This document shows, piece after piece, positions 20,964-29,938 of a stretch of DNA of 64,000 bases. The position numbers and the translations under genes were made by a program. The notes under the pieces were generated by a model. It did no database searches, was not told the DNA's origin, and was given only the letters and a program-made list of their open reading frames with translations. Where the stretch lies: assembly GCA_964342875.1 (NCBI GenBank), contig CAYFHI010000001.1, forward strand, positions 5,384 to 69,383, in the 5' to 3' direction. Source of the DNA: an uncultured Dehalococcoidaceae bacterium. GTDB lineage: Bacteria; Chloroflexota; Dehalococcoidia; Dehalococcoidales; RBG-16-60-22. Numbering within the stretch: the first letter of the stretch is position 1; each line of letters opens with the position of its first letter.

Positions 20964-21197
20964 TTAATCGTGCGTCTTCTTTACGTAGACCTTGATTTCC
21001 TCGCCTTCATCTTCTATTCCCAGGAACCCATACCCGGTGGCGTCACACCATGCCGGCATATCCTGCTTTATTCCCTGGTCATCACCTACTACTTCAAGGA
21101 CTTCTCCAGTCTTTAACTGCTTAATCTTCTCGTTAGCTTTGACAATCGGCATTGGGCAATACAGACCCATGCAGTCTAGGGATTGATCTGCCCTCAT
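20964..21197 (-). CDS. tusA: TusA/SirA-family sulfurtransferase
   Basis: 77 aa. Conserved CPxP motif (LYCPMPIV). Confidence 0.85.
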   Translation of the reverse strand: MRADQSLDCMGLYCPMPIVKANEKIKQLKTGEVLEVVGDDQGIKQDMPAWCDATGYGFLGIEDEGEEIKVYVKKTHD

Positions 21198-21231
21198 TTT
21201 CTCCTCCTTGATATGTTATCGAAAACATTGT

Positions 21232-21720
21232 TTAGATAAAAAGGGTAACGCTGGACTTGCGGGCACTATTCAGGAAATAGGCAGCACCAGCCATACTTGT
21301 AATTTCACTGCGGAATGCGTCTTGCTCTGCGGGTAAGCCCATTACCCCGCACGTAGTCGTGCAGGCAATAATTTCTACTCCCATATCATGAGCCATGGTG
21401 ATATATTCGCTGACGGACGGCATATTTGTATCCTTCATCAGTCTCTTCATCATCCATGTGCCCAGCCCAAACATGTTGAATCGGGAAAGTTTCAGTCTCT
21501 CGCTGCCACCTCGGTTTATCGAGTTCAGCATCTTCCTCAACAATCCTTTACTCTTTATACCGTCTTTGTTCTTTTTAACAATATTCAGTCCCCAGAAGGT
21601 AAAGAACATGCTTACCTGCATTCCCATGCTGGCACCGGTGACCGCCAGCATAAAAGCAGCCAGAGCCCTTTCCAGATCTCCACTTAAGACCGCTATCGTA
21701 AGTTTTTCCTTATCAGCCAT
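21232..21720 (-). CDS. DsrE/DsrF-like family protein
   Basis: 162 aa. Layout is like the DsrE/F-related COG2210-type proteins that pair with TusA. Conserved Cys in IIACTTTCGVMG. Confidence 0.65.
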   Translation of the reverse strand: MADKEKLTIAVLSGDLERALAAFMLAVTGASMGMQVSMFFTFWGLNIVKKNKDGIKSKGLLRKMLNSINRGGSERLKLSRFNMFGLGTWMMKRLMKDTNMPSVSEYITMAHDMGVEIIACTTTCGVMGLPAEQDAFRSEITSMAGAAYFLNSARKSSVTLFI

Positions 21721-21744
21721 TTTACCTCTCCTCCCGATTATATC

Positions 21745-21933
21745 CTACCCTTTTATTTGAGTCCCGCAATGCGAGCAAATCTTCTTATCTCGGGGTGTAG
21801 GCGCACGGCAACTGGGACAGTAGAATATGGTTACTTCGCAAGCACCGCAAGTTGGAATCGGATCATTGGCTATTTCCTCGTCACAATAAGGACAAAATCG
21901 TACTTCTTTCTCAATTCTTTGTTTATCTTCCAT
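21745..21933 (-). CDS. Small zinc-ribbon protein (62 aa)
   Basis: Four CxxC pairs: CPYC, CGAC, CPSC and CSHC. I trimmed the start to Met27 of the track ORF because the upstream part overlaps iscU. Confidence 0.5.
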   Translation of the reverse strand: MEDKQRIEKEVRFCPYCDEEIANDPIPTCGACEVTIFYCPSCRAPTPRDKKICSHCGTQIKG

Positions 21934-22330
21934 CCTGCCTGTCCTCCTTATACCTTTCCCTTTTTTTATTCCGGTAATCCTCAATAGCTTTATGCAGAGC
22001 TTGGGCGCCAAGGTTAGAGCAGTGAAACTTGTTCTTGGGTAATCCCTCTAGTTTCTCCGCTACCAGTTGAGGAGTAATTTTCATTCCTTCATCCAATGTT
22101 TTGCCCATTGCCATCTCGCTGACCATGCTGGATACAGCAATCGCTGCCCCACAGCCGAACGTCTTGAATTTTATATCTTCGAGATGGTCATCTTCAACTT
22201 TGATATAAAATGTCATCATATCGCCACATACCGGATTGCCTTCTTCACCGATGCCATCCGGGTTCTCAATTTCTCCTACGTTACGGGGATTCATAAAATG
22301 GTCCATTACTGTTTCGCTATAAATCGGCAT
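21923..22330 (-). CDS. iscU: Fe-S cluster assembly scaffold IscU/NifU N-terminal type
   Basis: Three scaffold Cys motifs: NPVCGDMM, FGCGAAIA and HCSNLG. Start set at Met24 of the track ORF (MPIYSETVMDHF...). Confidence 0.9.
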   Translation of the reverse strand: MPIYSETVMDHFMNPRNVGEIENPDGIGEEGNPVCGDMMTFYIKVEDDHLEDIKFKTFGCGAAIAVSSMVSEMAMGKTLDEGMKITPQLVAEKLEGLPKNKFHCSNLGAQALHKAIEDYRNKKRERYKEDRQDGR

Positions 22331-23519
22331 ATTTACTGCCTCCTTTGCCCGTTTTACTGAATTTTGCATAAAGCGGTGACATCTGCCGTAGCCTGTCAAC
22401 GATGGATGGCATCACCTCAAGAATATAGTCGATGTCCTCAAGTGTATTATCGATACCAAGTGTAAAAAGGATGGAACCCTGAGCAATCTCATGGGGCAAT
22501 CCCATAGCTATAAGCACGTGAGAAGCTTTGAGTGCCCTCGAAGTGCAGGCAGAACCGCTGGAAACGGCAATACCTTTGCTATTTAACATCATGAGCATAG
22601 ATTCACCTTCGATAAATTCAACGCAGCAGCTGACATGTCCGGGAAGGCGATTCCGGGGGTGCCCCGTAACTATTACCCGTTTAATCTTCTCTGGTAACTT
22701 CTTTAATAAGTGGTTACGGAGTTGTGTCAGTTGTTGCGTTCGTGTGACCATGTTTAGTCTGGCCAACTCCGCCGCTTTGCCAAGACCGACGATCGCCGGA
22801 ATATTCTCTGTTCCGGCACGCCGCCCTCCTTCCTGAATACCGCCGTCCAGAAGCGGCATAATGCGCATACCCTTTCGCAGGTAGAGAGCGCTACCTCCCT
22901 TGGGACCGTAGAACTGGTCGCTCGCCAGGCTTAAAGAATCAACTCCCAATTCCTTGACGTTTATCGGTATGTTCCCAACGGTAGCCACCGCATCCGTGTG
23001 GATGGGTATATTATGCTCTCTGGCGATGCTGGCAATCTCCGCTAAAGGTTCAATAGTACCTACTTCTCCGTTAGCGTGCATCACAGAAATTAATCCCGTG
23101 TCTTTTCTGATGCTGCGCTTAACCTCATCGGGATCTACCATGCCGTACTTATCCGCCGGAACCAAAGTCAGCTTAAAGCCCCATTTTCCCAAGGTTCTTG
23201 CCGAGTGGAGCACGGAAAAATGTTCGATGGCCGAAATTACCACATGTTTGCCTTTGGCTTGCTGAGCCAGTGCTATTCCCTTGATGGCAAAGTTATTACT
23301 TTCTGTGCCGCTGCCAGTGAAGATTATCTCTTCGGGACTGGCTCCTATCAGTGAAGCTACCTGTTCTCGTGCTACCTCAATCGCTTCCCTAGAAGCGTCT
23401 CCCCAGTCGTGAAGAGAGGACGGATTGCCAAATGTCTCTCCAAAGTAGGGCATCATCGCATTCCTCACCTCTGAGAGAAGGGGCGTCGCCGAGGCATTAT
23501 CTAAATATACTCTCCTCAT
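22317..23519 (-). CDS. IscS/NifS-family (class V aminotransferase fold) protein lacking the PLP-binding lysine
   Basis: 400 aa, colinear with IscS. The persulfide loop SSGSACTS is retained, but SGHK is ASDQ (D201, Q202) and HxDAxQ is HTDAVAT. Confidence 0.85.
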   Translation of the reverse strand: MRRVYLDNASATPLLSEVRNAMMPYFGETFGNPSSLHDWGDASREAIEVAREQVASLIGASPEEIIFTGSGTESNNFAIKGIALAQQAKGKHVVISAIEHFSVLHSARTLGKWGFKLTLVPADKYGMVDPDEVKRSIRKDTGLISVMHANGEVGTIEPLAEIASIAREHNIPIHTDAVATVGNIPINVKELGVDSLSLASDQFYGPKGGSALYLRKGMRIMPLLDGGIQEGGRRAGTENIPAIVGLGKAAELARLNMVTRTQQLTQLRNHLLKKLPEKIKRVIVTGHPRNRLPGHVSCCVEFIEGESMLMMLNSKGIAVSSGSACTSRALKASHVLIAMGLPHEIAQGSILFTLGIDNTLEDIDYILEVMPSIVDRLRQMSPLYAKFSKTGKGGSKYADL

Positions 23520-23574
23520 TATTATATCTCAACCAAGGACGATAATTCACGATACTTAATAGACACAGCTTGAG

Positions 23575-24102
23575 TTACTCCCTTCCTGTAGTTCCTGCCA
23601 GTATCCTCTTTCGAATTGTTATGAAAAGAGGCTGCTCAATGGCGGTATGTTCCAGCAGTAATTGTCGTGTATGGCTTATATGGGCCCTCATATCATGAGC
23701 GCTGGCTTCCCATCTATGACGTGCCAGCCTGTCGCTAATAAGTTCGGTCACTTGCTTCTTCACATGGGTAAGGCGATCTCTAAAAACTCCATGCTGGAGA
23801 AGCAGAGCTTTCAAGTCGGAAACCAGTTTTTTATCACCGTATCTTTCAAAGACATGTAAAAGGACCGTTTCTTCACGGTTGAAGTGTGCCAGAAGACCTT
23901 GGTTGATTGTATCCAGCGACTCCAGAAACTTTTGTAATCCTTTACCCAAGTCCAATCTGCCAGGCATAAATGCGTCCTTGGCTGCATCTATCCCAGAAAT
24001 CGCAGCAGCGTCACCAAACATCCCATCAAGTTCTTTAAACCTTTTAAAGGCGATCTGGTGTTCTTGAATAATCTGGTCAATCAAGTCCAGGGCTTCCTTC
24101 AT
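23575..24102 (-). CDS. Hemerythrin-like (HHE cation-binding) domain protein
   Basis: 175 aa, helical, with spaced H/E residues (IQEH, HFNREE, LLQH). Weak by-eye call. Confidence 0.45.
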   Translation of the reverse strand: MKEALDLIDQIIQEHQIAFKRFKELDGMFGDAAAISGIDAAKDAFMPGRLDLGKGLQKFLESLDTINQGLLAHFNREETVLLHVFERYGDKKLVSDLKALLLQHGVFRDRLTHVKKQVTELISDRLARHRWEASAHDMRAHISHTRQLLLEHTAIEQPLFITIRKRILAGTTGRE

Positions 24103-24631
24103 TGGTTCCCTCCTACCAAATCAACTGTAAAGCTGCCGGGTTTTGATTGATTGTATCTGAGCAAGAAGATTTTGCATATTCCAGTATGATAACTAGAGAT
24201 AATAAGCCGATTATGGATATAACTGCTGGCTTGAATCATCTTCAATAATAATTGCATTCGCAGTATAGCTTTCCGCCGCTTCCAAAAGAGTCTTCTCATT
24301 GACTGATGACGGGTCTAATATAATCGCTTTGTTCTCATTATCAAAAGCAAAGATCGTCAACGCAATCACCAGCAATTACCCAGGCTAATGCAGAAATCTC
24401 TTTCTACCCGTACTTTCATTATCTTTCGCTGCAACTCTTTTTCTCCTTTGATGTTGCTAGGTTCATTTTAACATACACCACCAACTTTTGCTTTCTACCT
24501 GTCCCCAACTTCATGTCTAACACATATTTTTCTAAGACCTATCATTCTTATCTAAGTATATGCTGCTATCTACGTTAAGGCATATGACATAAGTCATATT
24601 TGATTACTTAGATAAATGGCATTAAAAACTT

Positions 24632-24686
24632 TTGATAAAGTGTATACTGTATGCTACTATGGGGTATATTAGATAACTTTATACCC
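24632..24686 (+). promoter_or_regulatory. Predicted csoR promoter with candidate CsoR operator
   Basis: TTGATA, 17 nt, TACTAT (24632-24660), followed directly by the inverted repeat GGGTATA-N11-TATACCC (24662-24686). This lies inside the 5-prime extension of the track ORF, which supports the downstream start. Confidence 0.4.
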
Positions 24687-24713
24687 TATCGTTTACACAA
24701 GGAGGATTGCAGT

Positions 24714-25007
24714 ATGCCAGCGCCAGGAAGACAATATCAATATACTAAAGATAAAGCGGCTCTACAGACGAGAATGAAAAAAATCGAGGGCCAGGCAAAG
24801 GGTATCCAGCGAATGATTGAAGAAGATCGTTACTGCATTGATATTGTCCAGCAGTTATCTTCTCTTTCCTCAGCGGCTGAAGAGGTGTCTTTACATATTC
24901 TTCAGGCACATATTGAAGGATGCGTAACCAGCGCAATATGTGAACAGAGCGGAGAGAGTTATATTACAGAATTGATGGAAACGATTCGCAAAGCGGTGCG
25001 GCGGTAA
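24714..25007 (+). CDS. csoR: CsoR/RcnR-family metal-sensing transcriptional repressor
   Basis: 97 aa from the ATG at 24714 (AAGGAGG RBS). DUF156 pattern RMKKIEGQAKGIQRMIEEDRYCIDIVQQ with C-H-C ligand positions. Confidence 0.85.
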   Translation: MPAPGRQYQYTKDKAALQTRMKKIEGQAKGIQRMIEEDRYCIDIVQQLSSLSSAAEEVSLHILQAHIEGCVTSAICEQSGESYITELMETIRKAVRR

Positions 25008-25259
25008 CTCCATGAATAATTATAACTTATACTAAATACTTATTGTTGTTAGAATAAATCTAAAGGACGTATTATTTTGAATAAGGGAAGGAATTGTTCC
25101 TGACGACTTTAAACTTGGAGGTGAAGTGGTGGCGAAGGGTAAATACGATACGGCTGTATTCTAGGTAGGGGGGGCGGCGCCAGTTGTTCTTTTTGCAGTA
25201 TCAGTCACTAGGCGGATAAAAGAAATATACCGCTTAAAAATTGGTTGGAGAAAGCTAAT

Positions 25260-27950
25260 ATGAGATCGAATACCATCAAGAAAACAAAGAACGTAATTTT
25301 ACCCATTACAGGGCTGACCTGTGCATCCTGTGTGTCTTACGTGGAAAAGACGCTGAGAGAACTTGACGGCGTCGTCTCGGTCAACGTTAATCTGGCTACG
25401 GAAAAAGCCATTGTGGAATATGATGGTGATAACGCCGATATCAAGATGCTGATTGATGCCATTACCGGTAGCGGTTACGGGGTGACGCCGCAAAAGACAA
25501 CATTTAAAGTAACCGGTATGACCTGTGCTTCCTGCGTGTCCCAGGTGGAGAAAGCTCTGCGGGGACTTAGCGGTGTCGTCTCGGTAAACGTGAATCTGGC
25601 TTCAGAGAAGGCTACCGTTGAATATGATGCTGGTAAAGTCGGTATGGAAGATTTTCGGAAAGTGGTAGAGGGGGCCGGATATGGCGTCGGGGAGGAGATT
25701 GACGCTGAGAGTATCGTCGAGTCTGATGTCGTCTTGGCATCGGCAAATAAAGAGATTCTAACCCTGCGTAGCAAGTTGCTTTTTTCCGGCGTTATGGGCG
25801 CCTATATGATGATTATCGCCATTGCTGAATTGTACGGTGGATCATGGCTGCCGTCTTTTTTCAGTAATCACTATATACTCTGGGTGCTAGCGACGCCGGT
25901 TCAATTCTGGGCAGGCTGGCAATTCTATCGCGGTACGTGGGGGGCATTAAAGCATAAAACATCAAATATGAATACCTTGATTGCCGTGGGGACTTCGGCG
26001 GCTTATTTCTATAGCGTCGTCGCTATCCTAGCTCCCGGGTTCTTCGCCGCCGGTGGTCGGGAAGCAAATGTTTACTTCGACACTGCGGTTATCATTGTCG
26101 CCCTCATTCTGCTGGGGCGCTTCTTGGAAGCACGGGCAAAGGGTAGGACATCAGAGGCAATCAAGAAGTTGGTGGGTATGCAGGCAAAGACAGCTAGGGT
26201 AATGCGCCAGAGTACTGAAACCGATATACCGGTTGAGGAAATAGTCGTTGGGGATATCATCATCGTGCGGCCGGGAGAAAAAATACCGGTGGATGGTGTT
26301 CTCAGAGAAGGACTCTCCGGCGTCGATGAGTCGATGGTTACCGGCGAAAGCATTCCGGTAGAAAAAGGGGTTGGCGACGAGCTTATCGGCGCTACAATTA
26401 ATAAGACCGGTAGTTTTCGTTTTGAAGCTACCAAGGTGGGTACAGACACGGTACTTGCCCAGATTATCAAGTTGGTGGGAGAGGCGCAGGGCAGTAAGGC
26501 ACCCATTCAAAGGCTGGCGGATATCATAGCTGCCTACTTTGTGCCGGCTGTTATCGGTGTGGCTGCAATCACCTTTCTCTCGTGGTATTTATTTGGACCG
26601 GAGCCGGTATTGACCTTTGCTTTGTTAAATTTCGTCGCTGTCATTATCATTGCCTGTCCTTGTGCTCTTGGACTGGCGACCCCTACCGCTATTATGGTAG
26701 GTACCGGCAAGGGAGCCGAAAACGGCGTTCTTATCCGTAGCGGCGAGGCACTGGAGACAGCCCATAAAATAAATGCCATTATCCTCGATAAAACTGGCAC
26801 GTTGACGCAGGGGAAACCGGCGGTAACGGACATTGTAACCGCAGCTAGTTTTAAGGAGGATGAGTTGCTGACGATGATCGCTTCCGCGGAGTGCCGCTCC
26901 GAGCATCCTCTCGGTGAGTCAATAGTCACTGCGGCTAAAGAGAAGGGCCTTAACCTTGTTGATGCCACTGAGTTTAACGCCGTTCCCGGGCATGGCATCG
27001 AAGCCGGAATTGACGGACGCAAGATACTATTAGGTAACATAAAACTGATGAAAGAGCGAAAAATACCACTGGATGGTCTGGAGGAAAGGGCTGTCCAATT
27101 TTCTAACGATGGGAAAACGCCGATGTATATCGCAGTTGATGGCAAGGCGGCAGGACTGGTCGCTGTGGCGGATACCATTAAAGCGGACTCAAAGGGGGCG
27201 GTGGCGGAACTGCAGCGACTCGGTATCGAGGTGGTAATGCTCACCGGTGATAATAAGCGTACCGCCGAAGCTGTAGGTAAACAGGTGGGAATTGATCGTA
27301 TTCTTGCCGAGGTGATGCCGGAGTATAAAGCGCAGGAGGTAAAGAAGCTTCAGGAGGAAGGTGGAGTGGTGGCGATGGTGGGCGACGGCATTAATGATGC
27401 GCCGGCGTTGGCTCAGGCTGACGTGGGGCTTGCCATTGGAACGGGTACTGATGTGGCGATGGAAGCCGCCGATATTATCTTGATGAGCGGTGACCTGTGG
27501 GGGGTGGTTACTGCCATTTCACTAAGTAAGCGGACATTAAGAACCATCAAGCAGAACCTTTTCTTGGCTTTTGCCTACAACGTGTCCTTGATACCAGTGG
27601 CGGCTGGTGTGCTGTACTTTGTTTTCGGGCAGAGTGGAACGCCGCCGGGCTTGCAGTTTTTCCTGGGTGATTTCGGATTTCTGAACCCGATGTTAGCCGC
27701 CGTCGCGATGGCTTCCGGTTCGGTGACAGTAGTCTCTAATTCCCTGCGTTTGAAAAATTTTAAACTTGCCACTCTGGCAAATAAATTAAAAGAGGTTTGT
27801 ATCATGGCTATTGACCCGGTCTGCAAGATGGACGTTGAAGAAAGCACCGCCGCGGTTACCTCTAAATACAAGGGTAAGACCTACTATTTCTGTGCCTTGG
27901 GCTGCAAAAAAGCTTTCGATGGTGACCCAGAGAAATACCTGCTTGAGTAA
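25260..27950 (+). CDS. copA: Copper-translocating P1B-type ATPase with two HMA domains and a C-terminal YHS/TRASH-like domain
   Basis: GLTCASCV and GMTCASCV motifs, TGES, CPC, DKTGT and GDGINDAP. C-terminal extension DPVCKMDV...[15 protein letters not shown] at 25260 preferred over the TTG at 25245 on RBS spacing. Confidence 0.92.
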   Translation: MRSNTIKKTKNVILPITGLTCASCVSYVEKTLRELDGVVSVNVNLATEKAIVEYDGDNADIKMLIDAITGSGYGVTPQKTTFKVTGMTCASCVSQVEKALRGLSGVVSVNVNLASEKATVEYDAGKVGMEDFRKVVEGAGYGVGEEIDAESIVESDVVLASANKEILTLRSKLLFSGVMGAYMMIIAIAELYGGSWLPSFFSNHYILWVLATPVQFWAGWQFYRGTWGALKHKTSNMNTLIAVGTSAAYFYSVVAILAPGFFAAGGREANVYFDTAVIIVALILLGRFLEARAKGRTSEAIKKLVGMQAKTARVMRQSTETDIPVEEIVVGDIIIVRPGEKIPVDGVLREGLSGVDESMVTGESIPVEKGVGDELIGATINKTGSFRFEATKVGTDTVLAQIIKLVGEAQGSKAPIQRLADIIAAYFVPAVIGVAAITFLSWYLFGPEPVLTFALLNFVAVIIIACPCALGLATPTAIMVGTGKGAENGVLIRSGEALETAHKINAIILDKTGTLTQGKPAVTDIVTAASFKEDELLTMIASAECRSEHPLGESIVTAAKEKGLNLVDATEFNAVPGHGIEAGIDGRKILLGNIKLMKERKIPLDGLEERAVQFSNDGKTPMYIAVDGKAAGLVAVADTIKADSKGAVAELQRLGIEVVMLTGDNKRTAEAVGKQVGIDRILAEVMPEYKAQEVKKLQEEGGVVAMVGDGINDAPALAQADVGLAIGTGTDVAMEAADIILMSGDLWGVVTAISLSKRTLRTIKQNLFLAFAYNVSLIPVAAGVLYFVFGQSGTPPGLQFFLGDFGFLNPMLAAVAMASGSVTVVSNSLRLKNFKLATLANKLKEVCIMAIDPVCKMDVEESTAAVTSKYKGKTYYFCALGCKKAFDGDPEKYLLE

Positions 27951-28293
27951 TAGATTCGGAACTGTAATCAGGTACAGAAAATTAGGGTAGGCGATTGAAA
28001 TCTAAGCGGATTATTCCGGTGGAGTACCGTTCTGCATGATTTCCAGGTTGCAGCTTTACTTGCTGGAAGACCATTGCTGATATTCCTTCGCCCATTCTTT
28101 CTGTTCATAAATATAGTCGCACTCTCCACAGATATAGACGGTTTTACCGTTTTTTAATGTTTCACTGACCATTGTCTGATTCCTGAGATATATAGACACA
28201 TTCTAGTTTGAAAACAGGGAAAATGCTAGACTTAGTTATGGGAAGTTACTAAGTTCTCTCTCGTAATCTGATTGTACCTATTAATACATGCCC

Positions 28294-28325
28294 GCCACGC
28301 CACTGGATTCAAGCCAGTGGCGTGG
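28294..28325. repeat. Perfect 13-bp inverted repeat (hairpin) with a 6-nt loop
   Basis: GCCACGCCACTGG attcaa CCAGTGGCGTGGC. No U-tract on either strand. Confidence 0.8.
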
Positions 28326-28736
28326 CAGAATTGGCTTATTCTGTAGTTATTCTAATCATTTTACATGAAAATTCCTCTCCATACACAAGCTTTTCAAATT
28401 CCTCGCCTTCTAAACGGTTGGCACCAATAATGAATTCGTATGATAGATTCTCAAATAGAGGAGGGTTGTCAAGTTGTATAAGGGCTGACAGTTCTCCTTC
28501 ATCACCAGGCCCAGCCTTTACCTACTCTTGAAAGCAGCTTGCTTCACATCTTCTTTAAACTCCCAAGGGTCTGAGACTGTTAGTTCTACCTGTTACTCTT
28601 TAAGCTCATTTTTCATGGTATCTGGCAACATAGTAGTAGAGACTAGCCTCATCAAGTCTCTGACTGGTAAACTTCTTATCCGTACCTAAATCACATTGAC
28701 TATTTCGATAATATCCATACGAGTAGTTCTCAGAAG

Positions 28737-29651
28737 TCATTTTCCCAGTCGCTGTAAATAGCGGTGGGCTTGGAGCGCCGCCTTGGCGCCCTCCCCGGCG
28801 GCAATAATAATCTGCTTCTCAGGTACGTCGGTGACATCTCCGGCAGCATAAAGACCGAGAGCCGTGGTCTCACAAAGACAGCTGACGGGTACCTCTTTCT
28901 GTCTGGTTAATTCAAGGAGTCCGGCTACCGCACTCGAATTGGGTACTAACCCTATCTCGATAAAAACGCCGGTAACATCCAGATTTTTCTTCTCGCCGTT
29001 CTTTACGCTTTTTATGACGATTCCTTTCACCAGGCCATCACCCTCTATTTTCTCGGTATCATATTCAATATAAGTGCTCAGGTTTTTCACACCCGATAGC
29101 TGCTTAGTTAGAACGGGGTCGGCAGTTATCGGGGTCAGCGAAACTAGGTCGACATGCTCGGTAATTTTTATCATGTCCAGAGCCGCCTCGACCGCCGAGT
29201 TGCCGCCGCCTATCACCGCCACTCTCTGCCCGGAGAAAACAGGCCCGTCACAGATGGCGCAATAAGTTACACCCATCCCGGTTAACTCGGCTTCGCCGGG
29301 CACATTTAACTTTCTGGGTTTCTTTCCGGTAGCGAAAACCACTGCTTGTGCCTGGTACTTTTCACCGGAATCAGTGGTGGCTTCGAATCCCCCTTTTATC
29401 GCTGTCAGTTTGGAAACCTTGGGACCAATCTTCTGGTCTACGGGAAACTGGCTCACCTGCGCCTGAAATTTACTTATCAGATCCGGACCTTCGATAAATT
29501 GATAACCAAGATAATTCTCAACGCCCATAGTACTGTTTATCTGGCCACCGATATCACCACTGATGAGAAGGGCCTTTAGCTGTTTGCGTGCAGCATAGAC
29601 AGTGGCGCAAAGTCCCGCGGGACCGCCGCCGATTATTATCAATTCATACAT
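28737..29651 (-). CDS. trxB: Thioredoxin-disulfide reductase
   Basis: GGGPAG FAD motif, redox-active CAICDG and GGGNSAVEAA NADPH motif. Start at MYELIIIGGG (ATG at 29651) with a GGAGG RBS. Confidence 0.9.
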   Translation of the reverse strand: MYELIIIGGGPAGLCATVYAARKQLKALLISGDIGGQINSTMGVENYLGYQFIEGPDLISKFQAQVSQFPVDQKIGPKVSKLTAIKGGFEATTDSGEKYQAQAVVFATGKKPRKLNVPGEAELTGMGVTYCAICDGPVFSGQRVAVIGGGNSAVEAALDMIKITEHVDLVSLTPITADPVLTKQLSGVKNLSTYIEYDTEKIEGDGLVKGIVIKSVKNGEKKNLDVTGVFIEIGLVPNSSAVAGLLELTRQKEVPVSCLCETTALGLYAAGDVTDVPEKQIIIAAGEGAKAALQAHRYLQRLGK

Positions 29652-29701
29652 CTCCCGACCTCCAAACACGGAATTACAACAGGAATTAATTAGCGATAAT
29701 C

Positions 29702-29938
29702 CTATGTCAGCAATCCATCTAATTTTGACTGAACGAAACCTACCATAAGTTCATCACCAACGGTTATTACCGGCACGCCCATCTGTTTGGACTTCCCTAT
29801 CATCTCCTCTAGAGCGACCTTGTCTTCAGCCACATTATGGTCCACGTAAGAGATACCCTTTTGCGAAAGATACTCTTTCGCTCTCTTACAGTAGGGTCAA
29901 GTAGGGGTCGAATAGATAACTATCTTTTTATCAGACAT
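29702..29938 (-). CDS. Glutaredoxin/NrdH-like protein with in-frame TGA at the active site (putative selenoprotein, UPYC)
   Basis: Not in the ORF track. Minus-strand translation is MSDKKIVIYSTPT[TGA]PYCKRAKEYLSQKGISYVDHNVAEDKVALEEMIGKSKQMGVPVITVGDELMVGFVQSKLDGLLT*. The TGA is codon 14 (29897-29899), exactly where the first Cys of CPYC sits. Confidence 0.6.
29846..29889 (-). promoter_or_regulatory. SECIS-like bipartite stem-loop downstream of the Grx TGA
   Basis: Seven nt after UGA: outer stem GUAAGAGA/UCUCUUAC (8 bp), then inner stem GCGAAAGA/UCUUUCGC (8 bp) with a GUA loop and a 9-nt 3-prime bulge. All arms are perfect complements in the sequence. Confidence 0.5.

Noticed and set aside
26534-27244. 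A 236-aa minus-strand ORF (and other antisense ORFs) within copA.
   Set aside because: It lies entirely inside a P-type ATPase gene with all catalytic motifs on the plus strand. Its composition is typical of an antisense shadow frame.
28056-28172. A 38-codon minus-strand ORF, MVSETLKNGKTVYICGECDYIYEQKEWAKEYQQWSSSK, with an AGGAA-like RBS.
   Set aside because: It has only one CxxC pair, is very short and matches no family I recognise. Evidence is insufficient to call it a gene.
28330-28740. Broken minus-strand frames, for example ...VELTVSDPWEFKEDVKQAAFKSR* followed by ...GDEGELSALIQLDNPPLFENLSYEFIIGANRLEGEEFEKLVYGEEFSCKMIRITTE*. These suggest another decayed gene downstream of trxB.
   Set aside because: I recognised no family and the frame relationships are ambiguous. 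It is mentioned only as possible debris. Track ORF 28322-28531 on the plus strand also looks spurious.
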